Position numbers and translations under genes: made by a program
Origin: Prorocentrum cordatum
Taxonomy: Eukaryota
Assembly: GCA_963575745.1 (NCBI GenBank)
Contig: CAUYUJ010000002.1
Coordinates: 2,232,001 to 2,296,000 of the forward strand
Reading direction: 5' to 3'
Length of the DNA: 64,000 bases
Shown here: piece after piece, positions 40,119 through 51,064 of the stretch
How positions within the stretch are numbered: the first letter of the stretch is position 1
Layout of the letters: every line of letters begins with the position of its first letter
Notes under the pieces: generated by a model
Database searches by the model: none
The model's input: the letters and a program-made list of their open reading frames with translations, nothing else
What the model was told of the DNA's origin: nothing

Positions 40119-41760
40119 ATGGTGTACAGCGGCGCGCAGCCCACGGGGCCGATCTGGACGCGGGCCCTGAGGCTGTGCGCGGGCGGCAAAGGCGCCGCTG
40201 TTGCCGAAGGGCTTGCTGCCGCCAGCCCCGGGATCCACTGGGCAGGTGCGCCGTGGACCAGGCAGGGGCAGCCAGACGTTGGGGTCGCCCCCGGCGGCAG
40301 CTGTCTGGCGTGCGGGGCAGAGGAAGACACCCCTGGTCACGGGCTGCACGACGGCGAGGCCCTGCCGCGCGCACGCCAGTCGCGCCCCCCTGGCGGCAGC
40401 GAGCTTGGCACGGCACAATTTGTAGCGAATGGGTCGTCGGTAGAGCAGGACGTCCTCCCTGATCGACTGCAGCAAATATGGACTACCATGCGTGACAGGG
40501 GCCTGCAAGCAGGCGGCGTGGGGGTCGCGGACGTCAGCGGGTTCGCGCACGAGGCCGGGCCCCCCGTGATGCTGCCGCGCGTGCCGCCTGCGGCCGACCA
40601 GGCGGAGGCCGGGCTCCGGGGCGACTGGAGCGGCACGAGCGGCGAGCAGCGCGGGAACATTGCGTTCACCGATGGTTCGGGCTTTGCGAGCAGCATGCCC
40701 GAGCTGAGGCGCTGCGGGTGGTCGGTAGTCCAGCTCGGCTCCAACGGGGGGCGCGTTCGCGCGGCATTCGGGGCCCTTCCTGGCCGACTGCAGACGGTGG
40801 GTCGTGCCGAGCGACACGCGCCCCTGCAGGTCACCGAGCTCCACCGACCTGCTGTCGCTGGCCCAGGAGGCTAGCAGCTGGGGGCCAGAGCTGGAGCGGG
40901 CCAAGGCGGTGCACGCCACGGTGTGGAGGCACCTGCGGCAGCAGCCATGTCGCCCCGAGGTGTTCCGGGCCCCCGCGCGCCAGGACGTCGACGGGCACCT
41001 GGCGGCGGGGCTTCACCCAGTGCTGTACGCGGGCAACCTGTGGGCGGACTGGTTCGCCAAGCAGGGGGCATTGCAGCACGAGGTGTCCCAGGTGCACACG
41101 GAGTTCCACGCCATCGAGGTGCAGCACTTCAAGCGGGTGGCGGACTACATCGGATGGGCCATGCAGCGCTGCCTGGCCATCGGGGACTGGGCCCCCGAGG
41201 CGCACTACGTGTCCGCGGCGCCGCCGCCGCCCGTGCCGAAGCTGACGGCGGTAGAGCGCCCCCTGGCGCGCGTGCAGGGCAAGCGCGGGATGTCGCGCAC
41301 CGATCGCGGGCGCCGATCCCGCGCTGGGACAGGCGCGGCGGCGCAGCAGGTCGTCGGGTCGAGCTGTTCGCCGACGCCGCTGGCACGCCTCAAGGCGGCG
41401 GCTGAGGCGGCACATTTCGGTGCGGGGCCACCCTGGATGGGCGACGCTGAAGGCCTGGATGCCGAGGCGCTGCAGCCGCGCAACGGTGGCAGACCCTGCA
41501 TGCTGGCGCAGAGGCCGAACCCTTTGCTGCACGAGGGTGACGGCCGCGGCGCGGCGCTGCGCCTCGGGCATCGGCTGCGGCGCGCGGGGCGCCATCTTCT
41601 GCGAGGTCTGCGTCGCGTGGATGCAGACCCGAGCGGCGAGGGGGCTGCAGAAGGCGCAATGCGGGCCGCCCACCGCAAGGGGCACCACCAACGCACCTGC
41701 GTCAGCAACCTGGTGGCCAGGAGGGACACGTTGCTGCGTGGTCTGGACCCCAAGACGGGC
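40119..41760 (+). pseudogene. Decayed 3' part of an RNase H-bearing non-LTR retrotransposon ORF
   Basis: CLACG..DTPGH, AFTDGSG..RRCGW, QTVGRAE, frameshift, TD, FRAPARQ, GNLWADWFAKQGA, later FCEVCVAW. Confidence 0.8.
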
Positions 41761-43259
41761 AGGTCATGGGCTACGGACACGCTGGCGCACGACGAGCGCA
41801 GTTCGGTCGACGACAGCTCCGAGGAAGGCACCGACGAGGCGGTCGCGGCCCAGGGCTCTGTGGAGGCCACGCTGGCGGACGTGCAGATGACCGCGACTCG
41901 CGGGCAGCGCCGTGTGGCGGGCGCACGGAGGAGGCCCAGATGACGACTGCGCAGGAGACCGCGACACGCGGGGCTCCCGCAGCGCTGCGAGGCGGGCGCA
42001 CGGAGGAGGCCCCGCTGGCGGAAGTGCAGGGGACCGCGACACGCGGGGCTCCTGAACTGCCGAGAGGCGGGCGCACTGAGGCCAGCCGCCTGCTTGCGGA
42101 GGTCGTGGCGCGCCGCAGCGTTTGTGCGGCGCCAGCGACGTCCTAGCAGGAGCGGCTGGAGGTGTTGCGGCGGCGCGTGGCGACGCGCGAGGCGTGCCTG
42201 GCGTGCGTTGCTGCTGGTGGGGCTGGCAGCGTTTCCAAGGCGCAGGTCGTGGAGGCGTTGACAGACACGGGGTGCGCTGTCGGTGATCGCGCGGGGTCAT
42301 GGGCAGTGCGGAGGCAGGCGCTGCTGCGGCGGCTCCATGCGCGGGCCGAGCGGCTCTGCGGCGGGGCCGGGGCGGCCACCAGGGCGTCGCTTGCGGGCTT
42401 TGCCGCGCGGCTGCGGCGGAGCGGCATCCGCGTGGCGCGGCCGCCGCCCAGGGCGGCCCTGCCGCAACGGCCGCCGCGGCCGCTGGCCCTGGAGCGCAGG
42501 CTGGACCGCTGGGGGCGGCGGTGGATCGAGCCGCTGCTCGACGCCGACGGGGCGGCCAGCGACTGGCTCGACCACTGCGTCCCGTGCGCGGAGGCGTCCT
42601 CGCCCAGCCCAGGTGGCTGCGTTTCCTCAGGGCGATGGACAGCACGGCTCGGCGGCTGGCGGAGGCGCGGCGCAGCCGCGCCTGGAGCCGCGGGGCGAGG
42701 CTGCGCGGCGCCTGCGCCGGGCATCGCTCGGGCCTCACGCTGAGCCAGCGGCGCATCACCGACGGCATGCGGAGGTACGAGGTGCACTGCCTCCGCAGCT
42801 GGCTGGCGGCGCCTGCGGGCCTGCCGCCCGCGCGAGGCTGGGCTCGGGCTGCGCGCCGCAGACCCGCGGCCCGGGGCGGCGACGGCGCCTCGCGAGGGCC
42901 AGGGCCGCCTCGGCGCGCAGGCGGCGCTGCAGGAGCAGGGCGCCGCCCGGGGCCTGCGCGAGGAATCCAGCGGCGGCGAGGGCGGCGACACTGATTAGGG
43001 CTTAGCCTGAGTGCGTCCACTTCGCCGTCCTCGTGCTCGCGCACGGCCGCCAGTTTGGCGCGGCGGGCGCGGGCTGACGCCAGGCGGCGGCGGCGGCGCG
43101 CTGCGCCGGCCGCATGCCGCATCGCGGGGCTGGGCTGGGGCGCTCATCGCGGTGGCGCCCAGCCAGCTCCGCGGCCTCATCTGAGGCCCCGCCGCGGTCT
43201 GCTCGGTTCGGGCGGACTCGCGAGGCCGCGCCCTCCGCGCCCCCCTCCTGCCTCCAACA

Positions 43260-43508
43260 TGCATTTCACCCACCCAGTACAGCGCTTCGTGGCCCCATGG
43301 GGAGCTCCACCGAAGGCCCCGCTGGCACCGCCTGCATGCGTCCGCCACCGCCCAGCACAGCCTTTGCTCCCTGCGCTTCGCCCACCCAGTACAGCGCTTC
43401 GTGGCCCCATAAGGGGGCCCCACCGAAGGCCCCAGTGGCACCGCCCGCTTGCGTCCGCCACCACCCAGCACAGCCCTTGCTCCCTGCGTTTCACCCACCC
43501 AGTACAAT
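43260..43508 (+). repeat. Family 1-type satellite, left flank of YR retrotransposon
   Basis: CACCCAGTACAGCGCTTCGTGGCCCCAT..CCACCGAAGG units; array resumes at 51385. Confidence 0.88.
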
Positions 43509-43605
43509 ACGCGTTTTCCAAACACACCTTTACAGTAGCATCGTCAATGTTTCTAGCCGCCGAAATCGTCACCCTCTTACTGTCTTACATGGCTGCAGTT
43601 TCGGC
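43509..43605 (+). repeat. Split direct repeat A1
   Basis: 97 bp, 4 mismatches to 50936-51032. Confidence 0.95.
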
Positions 43606-43618
43606 TCGAGAGGTTTGA

Positions 43619-45961
43619 GTGGCGGAGGGGACCCCGCGATCTCGAGCCCTGGAGCACACCAGCTTTGAAGGTGTTCGAGGGGCCCGCGCGCGGCGGGCGA
43701 TCGGGCCTGCGGGCCTGGGCGGCGGCAGCCGAGGGCAGCGCTGGCGCCGCGGCATCACGGCGCGCGCCGGGCCCATCAGCTGGGCCCTGGCGCTGGCCAT
43801 CCTGGCCAGCGAGTGGGGGGCGCTGCTGCCAGGCCTCCTGACGTACGGGGCCGACGAGGCGGAGGCGGACAGCGAGCCGCTCTTCGGGGAGCACGGCGCA
43901 GGTGGGCCTGGCGAGCTGTTCCGAGGCTCGCGCGCGAGCTTCATGGCGCCCTGGGCGCGCTGGAACAGGCTCTACCTCCAGTCGCAGACGAAGCCGACGG
44001 GGGTGGTGCTCCTCCTGCTCACTCGAGTAGGAGGGGCTAAGAGCACTGCGTGGACGGCGGTGGACCCGACGCAGAGAGTGGTGTTCGTGAACGCTCGCGA
44101 CAAGAAGTTCGCGCTGAGCAAGCCGAAGCAGGGCATCGTCTGGACGGAGCACCCGGGGCTGAACGAGGAGCTGAAGGACGCCGAGGCGTGGTCGGAGAAG
44201 GTCAAGGCCGCCGAGCTGGAGAGGGAGAAGAAGCCGAGCTCCAAGACGCAGGCCGCGAGCTGGATGTTCAAGGGAGTGTCCGCGGTCATGGTGGCCGGCT
44301 GGAGCTACCGTACGGCGGGAGCCTGGGGCTCCATGGCTTTCCTCGGCTGGCGGCTGTGGCGCTACTTCGAGCTCGGGTCCTGGCTGAGCACTGGGTATCA
44401 TGGCGCGCGCGCAGCTTTCCAGGCCTTCGAGGATTTCCAATCGTTCGTGGAGCTGGTCAGCGACATGTACGATAACGGGGACCTGGAGAAGATCGCGTGC
44501 ACCATCGGGGGCCTCGCTGTGAGTGGGTATATGATGTGGATGTACATGAGTAGCCCTGGCGAGGACCGAGGTGACAGCTCGGACAGTGGCAACGGGAGCG
44601 AGGACGGCGCGACGGTGATTGGCGGGCACGACGTGACGGAAAGCGACGACGAGGCCGACGCTAAGGCCCTCATCACCGAGCTGGCGAGAGGACAGGCGGA
44701 GTTGGCGTCGGCCATGATCGACTTGAAGGACAAGATGCGCGAGGAGGCGGGCGCTCGCCCTCCCACGCCTCCACCTCCCCACGCGCCGCCTCCTGGCGAG
44801 GCTCGGCGCGAGGGCGCCTCCTTGGGGGCAGGAGGGGCGGAGGCGGGCGAGCTCAGCGTCGGCGACATCGACGCCTTCATCAAGAAGCTGAACGAGCACG
44901 AGAGCGTGGTCCAGAGGGGCTCTGCCAGAGCGACAGCGGGGCCGCCCCCGACTCCAGTCAGCAGCAGTGCCAGCAGCGGCTCTTGGGAGAAGCTCAGTGG
45001 CGACTTCGACGATCCGCTGAAGGACCAGATCGTGCAGCTGAAGCTGGAGGCGACCAACCCCAAGGACAGCCTGCTGAGCGTGCTGCAGCAGTACAGGCCC
45101 GCCGTCGGTGCCCAGGTGGGTGGCGTCAGAACGAGGATTGCTCCCACGGTGCTGGCGAAGCTCTACCGTGGCGGACGGACCGCCCGTGTTGAGACGCAGG
45201 AGTGGTTGCGGGCCAAGGAGCTGCAGACGGCCTCGGTGGCGAACGAGGTGAATATGCTGGCCATGGTGCTGGACCGCATGGTGAGCTCGGGCGAGCACGA
45301 CGCGCTGATCAATAGTCAGGCGTCCGAGCTGACGTGTTTGCGGCTCTACTCGATCTGGAAGGCTTACGAACGTGTGCAGTGCCGAGCGGACTGGCAGCGT
45401 CCCAAGGCGCAGAATGGGGGCAAGTGGAAGTCCAAGGTCGACTGGAGCCTGGCCGAGGAGTACCTGCGCTTGGACGGCGATCGGGACAGCGAGAACTTGA
45501 AGGCCGACGAGGAGGTGCTGGAGAAGCTGAAGCGCCGCGCGACCCTGAACAAGCACCTGAGTCAAGGTGGTGGTGGGGGAGGCGGCGCAGACGGCGAATC
45601 GGTTGCGGCCGGTGCGATCGTGGTAACCACTGGCCAAGAGCGTGCTACAGGCACTGCACCACGTTGCTGGAGTGGGTCGTCAACCCCTGCTCGCCAGCCG
45701 CGCGCCGCCGTTCTCATCGGGCTCATCGTGGACCTGCTGGGTTGGGTGTTCTACGAGCTTTCCTGGAAGGAGCTTTCCGCCCAGGAGATTTTCGAGTCTG
45801 AGGAGGTCTACCTTGACGTCCTCGAGGCCCCCCTACCGCGAGCTGGTCATCCAGTGCGTCGTGGTGCAGGTCACCAGGTGGAGGCATCCCTGGACATCGT
45901 CAATGGATCCTCGGGAGCGCGACCCGCTGAGGACCTTGCCAGACCTCCCCTTTTCCGATGA
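43619..45961 (+). CDS. ORF1 (Gag-position protein) of the YR retrotransposon; start and 3' end uncertain
   Basis: 780-codon open frame with G/C-ending codon bias directly after A1; first in-frame ATG 43943; helical charged C-terminal region; hydrophobic N-terminal segments. Confidence 0.72.
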   Translation: MAEGTPRSRALEHTSFEGVRGARARRAIGPAGLGGGSRGQRWRRGITARAGPISWALALAILASEWGALLPGLLTYGADEAEADSEPLFGEHGAGGPGELFRGSRASFMAPWARWNRLYLQSQTKPTGVVLLLLTRVGGAKSTAWTAVDPTQRVVFVNARDKKFALSKPKQGIVWTEHPGLNEELKDAEAWSEKVKAAELEREKKPSSKTQAASWMFKGVSAVMVAGWSYRTAGAWGSMAFLGWRLWRYFELGSWLSTGYHGARAAFQAFEDFQSFVELVSDMYDNGDLEKIACTIGGLAVSGYMMWMYMSSPGEDRGDSSDSGNGSEDGATVIGGHDVTESDDEADAKALITELARGQAELASAMIDLKDKMREEAGARPPTPPPPHAPPPGEARREGASLGAGGAEAGELSVGDIDAFIKKLNEHESVVQRGSARATAGPPPTPVSSSASSGSWEKLSGDFDDPLKDQIVQLKLEATNPKDSLLSVLQQYRPAVGAQVGGVRTRIAPTVLAKLYRGGRTARVETQEWLRAKELQTASVANEVNMLAMVLDRMVSSGEHDALINSQASELTCLRLYSIWKAYERVQCRADWQRPKAQNGGKWKSKVDWSLAEEYLRLDGDRDSENLKADEEVLEKLKRRATLNKHLSQGGGGGGGADGESVAAGAIVVTTGQERATGTAPRCWSGSSTPARQPRAAVLIGLIVDLLGWVFYELSWKELSAQEIFESEEVYLDVLEAPLPRAGHPVRRGAGHQVEASLDIVNGSSGARPAEDLARPPLFR

Positions 45962-48900
45962 CCACCAGGAGATCAAGTGCGGGGCTGGGTTCGGAGGGTG
46001 GCGAGGACGATCTCGGCGATCAAGAGCATGGCCGCGGGCTGTGCGAATGGTTGGCTACCGCCAGCCCCCCTCAGGACGGCGGACGAGGCGAAGGAGAGGT
46101 GGATGGCGAGCAGCCCGCTCCAGAAGAGGATCATCAGCGATATCTGGGACCGGCACGCACATCGGGCGAGCTGGGGCAACATCAACGACGGGAAGGTGGC
46201 TCTTGGCCACCTCGAGGAGACGACGGGCAGCGGCTATTTTACGACGGTAAGGAAGAAGGAGGACAACAAGAAAGTGACGACATTCAAGAAGGGAGATCTG
46301 TGTCCTCTCCGAGCTGGGCAAGTTTCGCTGCCCAGCCCAGGTACGACGCCGCTTGGTGTCCAGAACCTCTCGGCCTGCGCGGACAACTACATCGATTCGT
46401 TCGAGAAGCTGATGATCAAGGGCACGGGCGAGGTGGACTGGGAGCGGTACGAGACCACGAAGAGCTACTCGGACCCGGCGCTGAGGAGCAAGGCCGAGAA
46501 GCTGGAACTTCTGTCACGCATGTACCAGGCGGGGACGCTGGACTACGTGAAGGTGGCGCGGGAAAAGGTGGGACTGTTCACGGTGGCCCAAGACGTCGAC
46601 CCCGACTCAGGGGAGGTGCTGAAGAGCCGACTGATCTGGGATTGCAGGAAGGTCAACGTTCTTTGTCAAGGGCCGCCGGGGGTGCCGCTTGGGAGCCCCG
46701 CAGGCTTGGCCCTGCTGGAACTAGACGAGGTGATCTTACATGGGCGGCGGCTCTTCTCCTTCCAGGGCGACGTGCCGGACTGGTTCTACCGGCTGCACTG
46801 GGGATCGGAGCTGGCGGAGTTCTTTGTCGTGGAGGGTGTCTCGCCAAGGAGCTGCACCAGTATGGTCAGGAGAAGGGGCTGGAGTTCAAGAGGCCCGAGC
46901 CCTCGGAGATTGGCCTTGGAGCAGCGAGCCTAGTGATGGGCTCAGCATGGGCCGTCTTTCTGGCGCATACTTGTCTGGAGGCGAGCTTCGAGACCCTGAG
47001 GGCGCCGACCATTACGCATGGGAAGCCGACCCCGAGCTTTCGCAGTCTGACACCCGCCACTCGACCTTCGTTGCAGCAGAGGGATCTTCCCTCGAGCGCG
47101 ACCGAGGCGGTGGAGGAGGAGACGTCTGTGGAGGTTGCGGTGAAGCTCATCCTAATGCTGCACATCGGCGACTACATCGGCTTTACCCTGAAGGGTCCTG
47201 GCGAAGAGGAGGAGATCCTGCAAGACAAGGAGGAGGTGAAGCAGCTCTTGAACCGCAAGGGTCTCGCAATCCACAAGGAGGCCTGGGGAGAGGGGCTCGG
47301 CGCGGGAGTGGGGCTTACGATTCCAGCGTCGAGACCGTATGTTTTACGGGTCCAGACGAAGAAGTTCGCGGAGCTGGTCCTGGCGACGGAGGCTCTCTTG
47401 CTGGAGGACACCGCTCTTCCCTCCGTTCTGGCGAGTTTGGTGGGCCATTGGACGTGGACGATGATGGTGTTCAGGCCCGCCTTCGCCATGTCGGACGAGA
47501 CCTACAGGTGGATCAGAAGTTACGAGGTGGAGGAGTGTGTCGTACCGCGGAGGTTACCAGAGACAGTCAAGAGCGAGCTCTCGGCGGCGGTGAATCTCTC
47601 GATCTACATGGAGTAGGATTTGGAGGCGCCGTGGTGGCCACGAGCCTACATGACCGACGCGCCGGAGAGCGGATGTGGATCTCTGGCTTGCGATTGCGAC
47701 CCCGAGGAAGCACGCGCGGAGGCTGCTCGGGGGACAGAGGGGCTCTGGGGGCCCCAGGTAGAGGAGACCTACACCGAGATGGAGAGAGAGGTGGAGGCAG
47801 TCGGCGACGAAGAGGACCTACCTTCACGACCACGGGAGGGACGCCCGGGGGTGCTGGAGCTGTTTTCGGGTTCGTCGAGGTTGCTGGACGCCATCAAGGA
47901 GCTCGCGAACTCTCGGGGAGAGGCGTGGGGCATCTCGGAAGGGGGTCGAGTACGACGTGCTGGTCAGCGGGAATCTGGAGTTGTTGCTGAGACGGGTGCG
48001 CCAAGGTTGGTTCTGGCGGGTGCATATCGCACCCCCCTGCGCTACGTTTTCGAAGGCACGAACCCCACCTCTGCGATCTGCGGAGCACATCTGGGGCTTC
48101 CCCGACCTCGACGGGCCGAGCCAGGCCAAGCTCGAGGAGGGGAATTTGCTGTGCCTGGTGGCGGTGGAGGTGCTGAAGATCTGCGGGGCCATGGCGATAC
48201 CCTTCACGCTGGAGAACCCAGCGGGCAGCTACATCTGGGCCTGCCCGCCCCTCATGGAAGTCCGATCAAAGATGGACGTCTGGAGAGTGGGGCTGGACTG
48301 TTGTGCGTTTGGGGAGGCTTGGAAGAAGCCCACCGCTTTCGTCACAAGTGTGAGAGAGATGACCAGCTTGGCGAGGAGGTGTACTGGTACTTTTCGTTGC
48401 TGCAGTCGCACGCAGAAGCCTCGCCAGGAGCTGAGAGGCAAGTCGCCGTGTGGTCTCAGATGGACCCAGCTGGCGTGCGCGTGCCCTCTCGAGCTATGCA
48501 GATGCTACGCGGAGATCGCGGGGCAGCTCGAGCCTTCCTGGGAGACGATACCATCAGGGGCAAGGCTGAGGCTAAGAGGAGGTCGCCCGCAGATCGCCAA
48601 GGCGGCAGGTACCACCACACCGCTGAGGGGCCTTTGGTTGCAGCACCGCTGGCACGTCTTGTTCTGCGGGAAGTGGGGGCACCAGGAGCACAACATCCTG
48701 GAGCTACGGACAGCGGTGGCCACCCTGAGGCACCTGAGCAGGACATCTCAGGCCTGGGGCCACAGGATTCTGATTTTCACGGATTCTCTGGCGTCGTTGG
48801 GCGCGCTGCAAAAGGGCCACTCATCAGCGAGGGACGTGCTGCACCTCTGCCGCATCGCGGGCATCATCCAGATGGTCTGCAGGATCAGAGGCTACTACCG

Positions 48901-49075
48901 ATGGGTCCCGTCGGAGCTCAACCTGGCGGACGGGCCGTCGAGGGGGCTGCCCATCGGCGCGGCGGAGGAGACGGTCAAGCTGCACGTGGCCCGAGGCGTC
49001 CCACAGCAACTCCAGCGGCTCTTGCATCAGCGGCAGGCTCACCAAAGCACCGCCGCTGGGTCGGCACATTTGTAG
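45900..49075 (+). pseudogene. Pol: reverse transcriptase plus RNase H split by a methyltransferase; frameshifts near 46850 and 47940, stop at 47614
   Basis: LFTV..SRLIWDCRKVN, GDVPDWFY, LVMGSAWA, LHIGD (YxDD position, 47161-47172), MTDA (47650), EHNILELR, FTDS, KGHSS, RWVPSELNLADGPSR. Confidence 0.9.
47851..48511 (+). other. C5 cytosine DNA methyltransferase-like domain within Pol
   Basis: VLELFSG (motif I, 47851), APPCATFSKAR (motif IV, 48029), LENP (motif VI, 48212), DCCAFG..KKPT, ACPLELC, all in canonical order. Confidence 0.85.
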
Positions 49076-50313
49076 CCTTCGGGGTGCTGGTGGCGCGAGG
49101 GGGAGCCGTGGGGGGCCGAGGCAGCCCGAGCCCACGCTCAACCAGATCGAAGGGGACGAGTGCCCCGCCGCCGCCGGCCAAGAAAGGAGCGCGGGCCTGG
49201 GGCGAGGCGCAGCGTGACAGGCTGCTCTACACGAACCGCTTGGTCATCCACGCCGTGGATGACGCGACCAACCAGGTCTAGCGGAAGGCCGTGCGCGAGT
49301 TCCTGGTCGACGTCAAGAGGAACCAGCTGGACTTCGACACCTTCGAGGCGAGGGGCCAGGCGCTGGCGGACTACATCTCCGACATGTGCTACGTTCGGCA
49401 GCTGGGCTTTGGGCGGGCCAACGCGCTGTTCAACGGTTTCATGCACGTGTTCCAGGACCACAGGGACCGGCTTCCGACGTCGGCCAGGGCGCTGAAGTCG
49501 CGGCAGAAGTTGGGGCAGCTGGGCGACGGCGCGCCTGCCCCCATGGAGGCGGTCGGCCTGGTCATCGGCAGGATGTTCCGCGCGGGTCGCCTGATCGAGG
49601 GCGCGGCGGTGCTCGCGCAGCTGGGCGGCTGGCTCAGGGAGCAGGACTGGGGCCAGCTCAGGGCTGAGGACGTGTCTGAGGTGCCTGGGGGCCAGCTGGC
49701 CTTCACCCTGGGCAGACGCGAGAGAGGAGAGAAGGTCAAGACGGGCTCGAACCAGGGCGCGGTGATCTCATGGCCGGTGACAGCGGCTGCGGTGCGTGCA
49801 CTACTGCGGGGCTGCGCCCGTAGGGACCTCGTCTTCCCCGTCTCACAGGACAAGTTCAGGCGCGAGTGGCACAAGGCTCTGGGCGACGAGGGGCTTGCTG
49901 GCATGGGCCCTCCGCATGCCATGCGGCACGCGGGGGCTGCCAGCTTCGCGGCAGGAGGCGGCTGCTTGGAGGCCGCCCACCACAAGGGCAGGTGGCGGAC
50001 GACAGCAGCGCTAGCACGCTACACGAAGACCCACATGCTGATCAGCCAGCTGGGCAAGATGACTGATGAGCAGGTGCGGGCAGGCGCAGGCTTCTGGGCG
50101 GCGCCTGCTGAGGCGCTGATTTCGTTGATCGAGGAGTCGCCCGCTGCCCAGACCCCACTGGCAAAGCATTTGCTAGGGGAGCTGGAGCGGGCGCGCGGCC
50201 AGGAGGCCGAGCTCCCGAATTTCGAGGGAGGACGGGTGCTGACGACAGGTCGCCCTAGCACTGCCTCTCGCACTCGACACAGGAGCAAATCGAGCGCCGC
50301 ACGAGAATCATGA
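49050..50313 (+). pseudogene. Tyrosine recombinase of the retrotransposon (in-frame TAG at 49279; intact frame 49282-50313; start approximate)
   Basis: WLREQD (R), VKTG (K), PHAMRH (HxxR), GRW..ARY (W, Y) catalytic set. Confidence 0.9.
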
Positions 50314-50618
50314 TTGCTGGGCCTGACTGTTTCGCTTCATTGATCGGCGCGCGATGCAACGCCCAGCCCTTTTGGCGGGCCAGAGTCCAGCACTCTCGTG
50401 TGTGTGTTGATTGTACTATCATCTTTATATTTTGATATAGTCGGTGCGTGCCTGGAGGCAGGTTGACGCGCCCCCTGTCCTCGCCCGTTTTCTTCCAGGG
50501 TTTTATATTAACAGGGGGGCTGGAGCACAACATAAATGAATGACCCAATCCCTCCCTCCCTCATATTGTTGCAAGGCTGGTGTTTAGGCAAGTATGCCAG
50601 TCTCGACTTGTCGGGGCT

Positions 50619-50935
50619 GGGACTGATGCGTTTCCGAGTTTCTTGCGGGCCCTGTTTGGCCTGGAGGCCAGGTCGGGCACCGCGCGAGGTCTGGGCCCAA
50701 GGTGGCTCGGCCACGCCTTCTAACACTTCGCGGGGGGGCCCTCCCTCTAGGCGCGCTCGCGGCACTCTCCTGGACGCACCTGCTGCTGCGTCGGATGTGC
50801 CGTGCCGTCGTTGTGTGTGTTCGTCGTGCTTGATATTATGCAGGGTTGTCGCTCCAGCTCCGCCTGCCCCCCCCTTTGAAGGCCCCCCCGAGCTCTCAGT
50901 GCAAAGCTGGCTAACTATAGAGGCGTTAATTGAAA
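50619..50935 (+). repeat. Split direct repeat B1
   Basis: ~317 bp, highly similar to 51065-51381. Confidence 0.95.
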
Positions 50936-51032
50936 ACGCGCTTTCCAAACACACTTTTACAGTGGCATCGTCAATGTTTCTAGCCGCCGAATTCGTCACC
51001 CTCTTACTGTCTTACATGGCTGCAGTTTCGGC
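50936..51032 (+). repeat. Split direct repeat A2
   Basis: Copy of A1, directly abutting B1. Confidence 0.95.
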
Positions 51033-51064
51033 CCCGCCACTCCCACCCTGGGGCTATCACCCTT

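Noticed and set aside
43577..45637. 686-aa minus-strand ORF
   Set aside because: Antisense shadow of GC3-rich ORF1
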